Virus record (IMG/VR): IMGVR_UViG_3300021375_000026
Direction: 5' to 3' (one strand)
DNA length: 20,000 nucleotides
DNA from: an uncultured virus (IMG/VR IMGVR_UViG_3300021375_000026)
Taxonomy: Duplodnaviria > Heunggongvirae > Uroviricota > Caudoviricetes
Within the stretch, counting starts at the first letter, position 1; each line of letters begins with the position of its first letter. This document shows, piece by piece, positions 1 through 7,201 of the stretch. A program made the position numbers and the translations under genes. Under the pieces are notes generated by a model. That model ran no database searches. It was not told the DNA's origin and was given only the letters and a program-made list of their open reading frames with translations.

Positions 1-20
1 TCGAGGCTAAGAAGGCCGAT

Positions 21-635
21 ATGGAAACGGCTCGAAATAACATGGCTCTAGGCATCAAATATTCATCTAGGTCACTAGGCGGCCACACTACTCAATATCG
101 AAAACTGATGAGAGAAGCAGGTCTTGAAATCGTAGTTATTTCTACGCCAAAAGTAACCCCTCAAGTCGGCAAACCATGCCGTTACAAAGCCTGTAAAGGT
201 CGCAACCACAAGGCACACGGTGAGAAGTGTCCGGTTGCATCTAGTAGAGGCAAAACAGGCGGCCAAAACGGTCAAGGTGAAGTCAAGGCAAGAGTCGGTT
301 CATTGAATGGCCGATTTACAGGATTCCGTGAATGCGGTTGTCCTCAAAGGCAACATCTTCCAACCTGCCCGAAAGCGGGATTATCAGCCGCTAAAATTGC
401 CCTCATCAATGAGGCTGTTAGTATTAAGAAAATAATAAATATCAGTCCGGTAACATGGAGACATTCAGCCGATTGTATCACTACCGAGGCAGTTAGTTTT
501 ATGCTAAAAGGAATAACAGGCGTATGCTCGGGCTGTAAGATTGAGATGCCTGCTATCAAGGCGGCAAAGGTTCACAAGAACGATATTAGAGAGGCTAAGA
601 TGCGGGTAATATGCGACGCTTGCGATACACAATAA
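21..635 (+). CDS. Basic Cys/His-rich multi-zinc-finger hypothetical protein (probably 5'-truncated by the window edge)
   Basis: Motifs CRYKAC..H..H..C, CGC...H..C, CSGC and CDAC. The frame is open upstream of ATG21 to the window start (GAG GCT AAG AAG GCC GAT). Confidence 0.6.
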   Translation: METARNNMALGIKYSSRSLGGHTTQYRKLMREAGLEIVVISTPKVTPQVGKPCRYKACKGRNHKAHGEKCPVASSRGKTGGQNGQGEVKARVGSLNGRFTGFRECGCPQRQHLPTCPKAGLSAAKIALINEAVSIKKIINISPVTWRHSADCITTEAVSFMLKGITGVCSGCKIEMPAIKAAKVHKNDIREAKMRVICDACDTQ

Positions 636-647
636 GATAGTTTTAAG
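616..647 (+). promoter_or_regulatory. ACGCTTG-box + TATA promoter P1
   Basis: ACGCTTGCGA at 616 and TTTAAG at 642. ATG672 is 30 nt after the TATA start. Confidence 0.8.
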
Positions 648-671
648 AGTAAAGGATAAGGAGAGAGATAT

Positions 672-1094
672 ATGACAAGAACGAGACACGGCAGACACGG
701 AGAAATATGCAAGAGACAAAACGGAAGAATAATGATGACTGTAAGACCGACACCATCGGTTTTAGATGATACAGATATAGCCATGCTTATCGGTTATATT
801 ACTAGTGTACGCAGACCGGATTATTATAGTGAAGAAGTTATATCCAAATCTGATGCTAAACAGGCAATACACGATTGGGAATATAATACAGGTAGTATTA
901 CACCTTTGACAAAGAAAATGCTTATGAATTATCTAACAAGTAATTATTACTTAGCACAAATTGAAGAACAAACCGATTTGATTGATACCTATGATGAAGA
1001 TTGTGGGGTATGTCAAGCATTGTTAGAAAGAGTACATCAGATATTCCCTTCTTTTGTGGTAAAAGAAATAAATGACGCTTGTGAGGCGGAATAA
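672..1094 (+). CDS. Hypothetical protein
   Basis: 140-aa ORF directly downstream of P1, with AAGGAG upstream. Confidence 0.7.
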   Translation: MTRTRHGRHGEICKRQNGRIMMTVRPTPSVLDDTDIAMLIGYITSVRRPDYYSEEVISKSDAKQAIHDWEYNTGSITPLTKKMLMNYLTSNYYLAQIEEQTDLIDTYDEDCGVCQALLERVHQIFPSFVVKEINDACEAE

Positions 1095-1106
1095 GATAGG
1101 TTTAAG
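1075..1106 (+). promoter_or_regulatory. ACGCTTG-box + TATA promoter P2
   Basis: ACGCTTG at 1075 and TTTAAG at 1101. 1090-1113 matches 631-654 at 22/24 nt. Confidence 0.8.
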
Positions 1107-1146
1107 AGCAAAGTACGTTTAGAGACAAATACAAGGAGAGAGAAAA

Positions 1147-1497
1147 ATGATATACACAAGAATAGGAAAATACGGAATGATAGACGCATTTAGAAAATAC
1201 GGGCGATTGAAAACTAGTGAGACGCATGGTAATTTTACCGAAGAAGCAATTGAGGCGTTATTCGATTATTATGATGAGATGGTTGGAGAGCATTATGAAA
1301 TATCGCAGGCTTATGAATTAGACGTTATAGGTATTTGCTGCGAGTGGACTCAATATGATGACATAGACGAAGTTAAAGAAACGTACCTAGATACAAAGCA
1401 AGAGACATACGATTCTGACGATGTTTTTGAGTACCTAGAAGATAACACCTATCACATCGTTTTAGACGATGATTCAATATTAGTGAGGGGTTTTTGA
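1147..1497 (+). CDS. Acidic conserved phage hypothetical protein
   Basis: AAGGAG SD. The F..EA..ALFDYY and ELDVI.ICCEW.QY patterns are recalled from small phage early proteins. The C-terminal two thirds are D/E-rich. Confidence 0.75.
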   Translation: MIYTRIGKYGMIDAFRKYGRLKTSETHGNFTEEAIEALFDYYDEMVGEHYEISQAYELDVIGICCEWTQYDDIDEVKETYLDTKQETYDSDDVFEYLEDNTYHIVLDDDSILVRGF

Positions 1498-1836
1498 ATG
1501 TATGGAGAATCCTCGCCTCAACACAAAGAGGGCTTCACACCAATAGGTGTTTATGATGTTGAAGGTGTAGGTCTATGTACGGGTGTATCATTCGCAGAAA
1601 GACAGACCGCTTCTTTCACAGGAAAACCACCTGTATTCTATGAATGGGCATACATTTGCGACACTTGCACTTACGAAGAAGATGAATGTAAATGCGGTGA
1701 TGATAATTCACCTTTAATTAGGGCTAAAACTAACTATTCAAAAGCGAAATATACGACGCTTGAGAAGCAGGAGGCGACACCTTTAAGAGTGGAAGCCTCG
1801 AGGACAATTCACCCAACAAACAGGGAGGAACAATAA
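1498..1836 (+). CDS. Hypothetical protein with a CxxC-x5-CxC Zn-binding motif
   Basis: Starts immediately after the upstream stop, with a GAGGGG SD; contains CDTC....ECKC. Confidence 0.65.
   Translation: MYGESSPQHKEGFTPIGVYDVEGVGLCTGVSFAERQTASFTGKPPVFYEWAYICDTCTYEEDECKCGDDNSPLIRAKTNYSKAKYTTLEKQEATPLRVEASRTIHPTNREEQ
1756..1787 (+). promoter_or_regulatory. ACGCTTG-box + TATA promoter P3 (inside the 3' end of the upstream ORF)
   Basis: ACGCTTGAGAAGCA at 1756 and TTTAAG at 1782; precedes the DUF932 gene. Confidence 0.8.
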
Positions 1837-1837
1837 C

Positions 1838-2815
1838 ATGACAATGAGAAACATGATGGCGGCAATTGGCCGCTTTGGAAATGACGCACAAGGAACGACT
1901 GCCGAAGAGGTCTTGGCTAACGCCGGACTAAACTTCGATGTGGCAATAGAGCCACTATATACCTCTAAAGGTAAACCGATTAGGTCTAAGTTTAATCGTA
2001 TCTTTAGAACTGACAATGACACAACACTAGGTGTTGTCGGTAAAACGTATGTACCAATGCAAAATGATAGATTATTAGGTATTGCTAACGAATTAGTACA
2101 ACGTGGAAAGATTGATTGGGATAGAATTGGTATGGTTGGAGAAGGAGAGAAATTATTCGCTTCTTTCAAACTGCCGGAAGGATTTACAATTAGCGGTTGG
2201 GATGATGTAGACCAATACATTTACCTTACAAATACGCACGACGGTAGCGGTGGAATTAGAGTAATTCCTAGCAACGTAATTATCGGATGCTCTAACCAAT
2301 TCAGTCATCTAATGGCAGGTATCAAGAGAGCAGGCATTGACCCTAAGAAATTAGTAATACGCCATTCAGCAAAGCAAGAAGAGAGAGTAGCGGAATTAGT
2401 CGAGGCATTAAAAGTAGTGGATATGCTCAACCAACAATTCGTCTTAGACGCTCAAGAATTAGTTAACATTGAGATGACTCAAGAAGAGAGAGTATCTTTT
2501 TACCTAGATACTTTTGGGATAAAACAAAATGAAGAGTTAGTGGATGCGGCTAATCCTCTAGGGCTTACTACAAGAGGCAACAACACACTAGAGAAATTAC
2601 TAGAGGTCGAAGCACACCCTACCAACAACCACAACGGCAACGGTTCTAGTGCCTTCGCTGCCTTCAATACAGCAACGTACTACATAGACCACGAATGGAC
2701 ATTCGACCGTAAAGGTGAGAAGTCTAACGACAAGAGAGTCGAGTCGGCAATCATGGGTACAGGCTCAAGAATGAAAGCAAAGGCGTGGGAGTCTCTAGTA
2801 GGAGATTACCTATAA
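1838..2815 (+). CDS. DUF932 / TIGR03299-type phage/plasmid protein
   Basis: Family motifs AGLNFDV, RTDN..LGVVG..Y.P.QN, YLTNTHDGSG, CSN and IRH; GGGAGG SD. Confidence 0.85.
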   Translation: MTMRNMMAAIGRFGNDAQGTTAEEVLANAGLNFDVAIEPLYTSKGKPIRSKFNRIFRTDNDTTLGVVGKTYVPMQNDRLLGIANELVQRGKIDWDRIGMVGEGEKLFASFKLPEGFTISGWDDVDQYIYLTNTHDGSGGIRVIPSNVIIGCSNQFSHLMAGIKRAGIDPKKLVIRHSAKQEERVAELVEALKVVDMLNQQFVLDAQELVNIEMTQEERVSFYLDTFGIKQNEELVDAANPLGLTTRGNNTLEKLLEVEAHPTNNHNGNGSSAFAAFNTATYYIDHEWTFDRKGEKSNDKRVESAIMGTGSRMKAKAWESLVGDYL

Positions 2816-2980
2816 GCATAAACTCAAGTGAGGTTGGCGAGGCTACATAAACAGGTGGTAGTCCAAAACCGTAACCGATATGCACAGGGAAGGAGTAAAG
2901 ACACGATGATTAAGAGTCACACGTTCTGATAAACGAGTCACTGATAATAAATAGAGCATTAAGAAGTCGGATAAGCCAAC

Positions 2981-3014
2981 ACGCTTGAGAAGCATACTAC
3001 TACAACCTTAAAAG
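2981..3014 (+). promoter_or_regulatory. ACGCTTG-box + TATA promoter P4
   Basis: ACGCTTGAGAAGCA (identical to P3 over 14 nt) at 2981 and CTTAAAAG at 3007. ATG3036 is 29 nt later. Confidence 0.75.
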
Positions 3015-3035
3015 TAAAGTCGGAGTCGAAGTACC

Positions 3036-3149
3036 ATGAGATACAATAAAATGTCATGCAAACAATCCGGTTGCCCTAGAGTTATAGGCGAACAAAAATG
3101 TAGAGTATGTGGTAAAAATTACGGAACAGGAAGGAGTGAAGAAGAATGA
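3036..3149 (+). CDS. 37-aa zinc-finger microprotein (not in the ORF track)
   Basis: MRYNKMSCKQSGCPRVIGEQKCRVCGKNYGTGRSEEE. Starts at the leaderless position of P4 and overlaps the next ORF by ATGA. Confidence 0.7.
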   Translation: MRYNKMSCKQSGCPRVIGEQKCRVCGKNYGTGRSEEE

Positions 3150-3250
3150 ATATAAAAGAAAAGATTTTTCATATTGCTATGTGTATGGAAGCGGCTGATG
3201 GTGAATACATGAGAGGATTTATTGACGATTTATTAGAGGTGATTGAATGA
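3146..3250 (+). CDS. 34-aa microprotein (not in the ORF track)
   Basis: MNIKEKIFHIAMCMEAADGEYMRGFIDDLLEVIE; ATGA overlaps at both ends and GGAGTGA SD. Confidence 0.65.
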   Translation: MNIKEKIFHIAMCMEAADGEYMRGFIDDLLEVIE

Positions 3251-3816
3251 ATATTTTTATCCTAAATGAAAACCCCGAATTAGCGGCGAGAGATTACTGT
3301 AATAAACACCTACCAAAAATGACTGTCGAGATGCTTCAAATGCTAGGTAGTGCCGTGATTAGGCACGGTGCTACACCCGACATGATGCCACTTACTAAGA
3401 AAGGTACACCTCTCAAGGGTGGCTATCATAATCATCCGTGTACTCGATGGGTAGGCGACAGTAGCGATAATTACGTTTGGACTGTACGTCATGCCCTAGA
3501 GATATGTAAAGAATACACTAACAAGTATAACAAAATACATTTTTGCGAGGCAGGTATTCGACACCTTAGTAATATGGTAAAAGTAATTCCCGAAGGCAAT
3601 CGTACACATTTTGCTCTTGCTATGCCCGATGAGTATAGACCCGATTATATGACTGCTGTAAGTAAGCCCTTTGCTGTAATAACAGACGATGAAAAAGGTG
3701 TCATCAGTCATGCAAGAGGCGAAGAAGCAATACAGGCTTATAGACGCTATTATCACAGTAAAGAGTTTGCTACGTGGGATGACCGTAAAGTACCTCATTG
3801 GTGGGTGATTAAATGA
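3247..3816 (+). CDS. Pyrimidine-dimer DNA glycosylase / endonuclease V (DenV)-like protein
   Basis: MNIF.L...P..AA...C.KH..KM..E..QML, H.NHPCT.W...S..NY.W and AY R.YY motifs; GAGGTGA SD. Confidence 0.75.
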   Translation: MNIFILNENPELAARDYCNKHLPKMTVEMLQMLGSAVIRHGATPDMMPLTKKGTPLKGGYHNHPCTRWVGDSSDNYVWTVRHALEICKEYTNKYNKIHFCEAGIRHLSNMVKVIPEGNRTHFALAMPDEYRPDYMTAVSKPFAVITDDEKGVISHARGEEAIQAYRRYYHSKEFATWDDRKVPHWWVIK

Positions 3817-3917
3817 CTAATGAATTAGCAATTAAAATTGCTGAGGCTGATTTGACCCTTGAACAATTACAATTTTTGAAAATCATTGTTGATTTGAAAC
3901 TTGAGGTGATTGAATGA
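3813..3917 (+). CDS. 34-aa microprotein (not in the ORF track)
   Basis: MTNELAIKIAEADLTLEQLQFLKIIVDLKLEVIE; ATGA overlaps at both ends and GGGTGA SD. Confidence 0.65.
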   Translation: MTNELAIKIAEADLTLEQLQFLKIIVDLKLEVIE

Positions 3918-3994
3918 GAGACGATGACTTCTCACAAACTATTATCTTAATAGTATTATCATTAGTATGTATATTAGTAGGTGTATTATTATGA
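3914..3994 (+). CDS. 26-aa single-pass membrane microprotein
   Basis: MRDDDFSQTIILIVLSLVCILVGVLL; GAGGTGA SD and ATGA overlaps at both ends. Confidence 0.6.
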   Translation: MRDDDFSQTIILIVLSLVCILVGVLL

Positions 3995-4185
3995 TAAAAG
4001 AAAAGTGTGAACATCCGGCAAGTGGTACTTGTGTTTGGTCTGTAATAAGAGTTTTTTCAGTAAGTGCGGTATCAGACAATAGATTATTGACCGAATGTGA
4101 TGTTGAATGTCTCAAGTGTGGTACAAAAAAATATGTAGTATCAAGTGGTAATATATTAGAAGATGGAGTGACATACGATGAGTAG
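3991..4185 (+). CDS. Small Zn-ribbon protein (CxH...CxxC)
   Basis: Start revised from 3967 to 3991 (ATGA overlap); contains KCEH and CLKCG. Confidence 0.65.
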   Translation: MIKEKCEHPASGTCVWSVIRVFSVSAVSDNRLLTECDVECLKCGTKKYVVSSGNILEDGVTYDE

Positions 4186-4210
4186 TTTTTTCTTAAATAA
4201 AACTCAAGAT

Positions 4211-4256
4211 GAGGGGGCGGCTATATTTTCCTCCTTTTTCAATAGCCGTCGCCCTC
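4211..4256 (+). other. GC-rich RNA hairpin with a pyrimidine loop (terminator or sRNA candidate)
   Basis: GAGGGGGCGGCTAT (4211-4224) pairs with ATAGCCGTCGCCCTC (4242-4256): 14 bp with one G-U pair and one bulge. Confidence 0.6.
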
Positions 4257-4260
4257 TCAC

Positions 4261-4293
4261 ACGCTTGCGTAGCGTAGTGAAAACCCTTATAAA
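4261..4293 (+). promoter_or_regulatory. ACGCTTG-box + TATA promoter P5
   Basis: ACGCTTGCGT at 4261 and CTTATAAA at 4286. ATG4315 is 29 nt later. Confidence 0.8.
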
Positions 4294-4314
4294 AAAAGAC
4301 ATGGAGGACTAGAT

Positions 4315-4578
4315 ATGAGAAATACAGACATAACAACACACGGCATAAAAGAGATACGAATAGCGGCAGTTAATCGCGACATACCCAATTTAGTGAAGAT
4401 TCATATAATGGGTATAGATGGTAAAAAAAGTAAAATCTGTTTATTCTTTGAGGACAAAATTGATATTGGCTTAGATGCCGAATTACCTATCGAGTGGGTT
4501 GGAAACATGAATGTTCTAGGTGATACAGAAGTGCGTGGTGAATCCGTACATTGGACATTGGAGGATGAGGAAGAATGA
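4315..4578 (+). CDS. Hypothetical protein
   Basis: 87-aa ORF after P5, with GGAGG upstream and an acidic tail. Confidence 0.7.
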   Translation: MRNTDITTHGIKEIRIAAVNRDIPNLVKIHIMGIDGKKSKICLFFEDKIDIGLDAELPIEWVGNMNVLGDTEVRGESVHWTLEDEEE

Positions 4579-4874
4579 ATGAACATACATGGGAAAAACT
4601 AGACGCTGATATGAGAAGCGACATGGCTGAGGAATACATACAAGAAAAATGTGAACACGAAGATTTGTACCTTAATAATATAACGGTAAAAATACAATCA
4701 AAGCCCGTTGGCGATTTAGATACTTGGAAAAGATACTTAGCAAAAAATGGTACAGAATTATTTGAAGTATATGTCGAATTAGTGTGTGAAGAGTGCGGTG
4801 CTACTCAAGAGCAATACATAGACATAGGTGAGATAATGTATGATTGGACAGAACCTTGGGAGTGGGAAGAATGA
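4575..4874 (+). CDS. Acidic Zn-ribbon protein (CxH...CxxC)
   Basis: Contains KCEH and CEECG; ATGA overlaps. Confidence 0.7.
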   Translation: MNEHTWEKLDADMRSDMAEEYIQEKCEHEDLYLNNITVKIQSKPVGDLDTWKRYLAKNGTELFEVYVELVCEECGATQEQYIDIGEIMYDWTEPWEWEE

Positions 4875-5020
4875 AGCAGTCAGAAGTGAATAAAATTGTA
4901 GCCCAACATTATCAAAGTTTTCTTTTAGGGAAAGAGTATGATGTGCTTCAAGATTCATGGCGTGGCTTCTTACTTCATGTCAATCAGATAGTAAAGGAGA
5001 TGACTGAAAATGGGGAGTAG
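4871..5020 (+). CDS. 49-aa hypothetical microprotein (not in the ORF track)
   Basis: MKQSEVNKIVAQHYQSFLLGKEYDVLQDSWRGFLLHVNQIVKEMTENGE; ATGA overlap and fills the gap between neighbours. Confidence 0.65.
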   Translation: MKQSEVNKIVAQHYQSFLLGKEYDVLQDSWRGFLLHVNQIVKEMTENGE

Positions 5021-5414
5021 GCGACCACGAAAGCAAATGCTTGACTTCTGTTATAGATACATACAGGACAATGGTATTCAGACAAGTAAAGAATTACTTT
5101 CGGCTTACGAAAAACAGGATTGTACCACAAAGAAAACAGGCCATTGTAGTATCAAAGAATTGAGTATGACTCTATCCAAAAATAAACTTTTCTTTAGGAC
5201 AAAAGAAAGTTTTGGGGTAGACCATAATAAAAATAAGATTTACAAATATGACATACGTGATGTTAATGAAGTAGCCCGTAAGTTAGCCTCATTAACTCAT
5301 ATGCAAACCGAGCCTAAACATTTTCCTAGAATACTGAAAGACGCATACGACGCTTGCATAGCAGAACAGAAGTCTTTAAGACCTATGGGCGTTTCGGTAG
5401 GAATAAGGGAGTGA
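5010..5414 (+). CDS. Winged-helix DNA-binding protein (paralog of 8716..9087)
   Basis: Y.YI...G...SKEL helix pattern. YDIR and HFPRILKDA align with WDVR and RFPKFLRDA in 8716..9087. Confidence 0.6.
   Translation: MGSRRPRKQMLDFCYRYIQDNGIQTSKELLSAYEKQDCTTKKTGHCSIKELSMTLSKNKLFFRTKESFGVDHNKNKIYKYDIRDVNEVARKLASLTHMQTEPKHFPRILKDAYDACIAEQKSLRPMGVSVGIRE
5350..5380 (+). promoter_or_regulatory. ACGCTTG-box + TATA promoter P6
   Basis: ACGCTTGCATAGCA at 5350 and TTTAAG at 5375. Confidence 0.75.
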
Positions 5415-5420
5415 AGCAGA

Positions 5421-5513
5421 ATGCCTAACAAACAACAAAACAAAGCAAGAAAATATAGATACAATATGAAATACAAAGTCCGTAAGGCAAATGTAGGAAG
5501 TGAAGAAGAGTGA
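5421..5513 (+). CDS. 30-aa basic microprotein (not in the ORF track)
   Basis: MPNKQQNKARKYRYNMKYKVRKANVGSEEE; GGAGTGA SD and a GTGA overlap with the next ORF. Confidence 0.55.
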   Translation: MPNKQQNKARKYRYNMKYKVRKANVGSEEE

Positions 5514-5749
5514 ATAAAGAAGAAATAAGATTAAAAAATAAAGAATTAAGAACGAATGCCCCTATACCCGATGGTGTGGAAGATATTAGAGGTGTAACCT
5601 TTAGCAACATACACAATCTTGTTACAATGACAATTGTAAGTAGTTGGGTTGGAGATGAAGGCGTAGTACTATGGACTTCCGAAGCGGGAGAAATATACTC
5701 GACTAGAAATATTAAAGCACATTGGTTAAGGATAGGTGAGGTAGAATGA
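5510..5749 (+). CDS. Hypothetical protein
   Basis: GTG start overlapping the upstream stop; ATGA overlap downstream. Confidence 0.65.
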   Translation: MNKEEIRLKNKELRTNAPIPDGVEDIRGVTFSNIHNLVTMTIVSSWVGDEGVVLWTSEAGEIYSTRNIKAHWLRIGEVE

Positions 5750-5871
5750 ATAGTGATGAATTAGATTATATATGCACGTTTATATGGTACGTCCACCATC
5801 GAGAGCCTCTTGATGGTGATGACATTGAAGATATAATGAGAGCCTTGAAAGAATGGAATGGAGATGAGTAA
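5746..5871 (+). CDS. 41-aa acidic microprotein (not in the ORF track)
   Basis: MNSDELDYICTFIWYVHHREPLDGDDIEDIMRALKEWNGDE; GGTGAGG SD. Confidence 0.6.
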   Translation: MNSDELDYICTFIWYVHHREPLDGDDIEDIMRALKEWNGDE

Positions 5872-6037
5872 GATGGGTAGTATAACGATAAAAGTAAAAA
5901 TAGAAATTGAAGAAGAAATAGAGATTGACGCAGATGATTTGATACACCAAAGCATTGATGATTACATGGAAGATGTAATAGATAATCCATCGGATTACGT
6001 AGACATTATGAATGGTATTGATTGGGAGTTGGCTTAG
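5864..6037 (+). CDS. 57-aa highly acidic microprotein (not in the ORF track)
   Basis: MSKMGSITIKVKIEIEEEIEIDADDLIHQSIDDYMEDVIDNPSDYVDIMNGIDWELA; its stop abuts ATG6038. Confidence 0.65.
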   Translation: MSKMGSITIKVKIEIEEEIEIDADDLIHQSIDDYMEDVIDNPSDYVDIMNGIDWELA

Positions 6038-6229
6038 ATGAGTAAAAAATTGTTAGTAAGATATGAAGTTATGGTGACTGTAAAAGATGAAAGAGAAGCA
6101 GATGAATTGGGTGATGATATTTGGTTGCTTGTTGAAGATAAATTAGGTTATGATTGTGCTATTGAAGTTATAAACAGTGAGACTGAACAATTAATACATT
6201 CTTACCGAACAGATGTGGTGGTCGAATGA
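6038..6229 (+). CDS. Small acidic hypothetical protein
   Basis: 63-aa ORF translationally coupled on both sides. Confidence 0.65.
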   Translation: MSKKLLVRYEVMVTVKDEREADELGDDIWLLVEDKLGYDCAIEVINSETEQLIHSYRTDVVVE

Positions 6230-6525
6230 GTGAATTAAAAAGAGATTATTGGTCGGAAACATTAGTTTGTCTTACCGGAAAAGTAAAGATAGACAGACGA
6301 GAGATTGCGGCAATAGTAGAATTAAAAGAGCCTACTACCACTAAAAATGGTGCTTTGTGGTGTTTAGATATACACCTAAAGTCCGGTACTATTTTTACCG
6401 TATCAGAATGGGATATAAATACCATAGCAAATCTATACTTGACAGAATCACCACACGAAGAAGTCAAGGTAGTACCTAATACTTTTACCATGAGAGAAGG
6501 TAAAGCACCGGAGGCACAAGAATGA
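6226..6525 (+). CDS. Hypothetical protein
   Basis: 99-aa ORF with ATGA overlaps at both ends. Confidence 0.7.
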   Translation: MSELKRDYWSETLVCLTGKVKIDRREIAAIVELKEPTTTKNGALWCLDIHLKSGTIFTVSEWDINTIANLYLTESPHEEVKVVPNTFTMREGKAPEAQE

Positions 6526-6611
6526 AACAATGCGATTGTGAAGGTAGGGTTATTGATTACCCTAAGCCTGCGTACCCTAGTATATGTGGTAAATGTGGAG
6601 GTTGGTTCTGA
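6522..6611 (+). CDS. 29-aa zinc-finger microprotein (not in the ORF track)
   Basis: MKQCDCEGRVIDYPKPAYPSICGKCGGWF; GGAGG SD, with ATGA and TGATG overlaps. Confidence 0.65.
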   Translation: MKQCDCEGRVIDYPKPAYPSICGKCGGWF

Positions 6612-6958
6612 TGAGTAGTATAGAGAAAAAAGTAATTGATAACAAAGACATAAAGAAAATTGAATTAACCTATGAAACACATTGTTGTATAGATTTGGAT
6701 TATTTATTTAACCCCGAAGATGGTGAAACAAACCCATTTGCCGAAGGTAGGGTAAAAAGATGGTGGATTAAACACGCAACATTATATATGGAATTAGATG
6801 ATGATACTACAATAGAAAGAGATGTATCTTGGTGGGTAGGAGATGCCTACGAGAACGTGGACACAAAGTGGCCTACTGTTATTATGGTTGAAGATGAAGA
6901 AGGTAGTTGGCATAAATCTAAGTTTCCAAAATCGAAAGTGAGGTGGTTTAATGAGTAG
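6611..6958 (+). CDS. Hypothetical protein
   Basis: Start revised from 6593 to 6611 (GGAGGT SD, TGATG overlap). Confidence 0.7.
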   Translation: MSSIEKKVIDNKDIKKIELTYETHCCIDLDYLFNPEDGETNPFAEGRVKRWWIKHATLYMELDDDTTIERDVSWWVGDAYENVDTKWPTVIMVEDEEGSWHKSKFPKSKVRWFNE

Positions 6959-7139
6959 TATTGAGGAAAAAGTAATTGCTGAGATTAGACAACGTGCTGA
7001 AAAAGGTGAGGTCAAATACGGTACTACAATGGATAGAGACGACCTATCTCTAAAGGAATGGCTACAACACCTCAAAGAAGAATTGATGGATGGTGTAATT
7101 TACACACAAAAAATAATTGATTTGTTGGGGATGAATTAA
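6951..7139 (+). CDS. MazG-like / all-alpha NTP pyrophosphatase-like small phage protein
   Basis: R...G..KYG.TMDR.DL...EWL.HL.EE..D...Y motif; GAGGTG SD. Confidence 0.6.
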   Translation: MSSIEEKVIAEIRQRAEKGEVKYGTTMDRDDLSLKEWLQHLKEELMDGVIYTQKIIDLLGMN

Positions 7140-7147
7140 GATGATTG

Positions 7148-7178
7148 ACGCTTGCGACACCGATACGAACCCTTTAAG
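7148..7178 (+). promoter_or_regulatory. ACGCTTG-box + TATA promoter P7
   Basis: ACGCTTGCGA at 7148 and TTTAAG at 7173. ATG7202 is 29 nt later. Confidence 0.8.
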
Positions 7179-7201
7179 TGATAAGAAGGAGACGGAGTAA
7201 T

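Noticed and set aside
2816..2885. tRNA or hammerhead ribozyme in the post-DUF932 gap
   Set aside because: No TTCGA T-loop or canonical cloverleaf, and CTGATAA does not match the CUGANGA core.
4178..4312. 44-codon ORF MSSFFLNKTQ...
   Set aside because: It has an SD but runs across the hairpin and promoter P5; there is not enough support to list it as a CDS.
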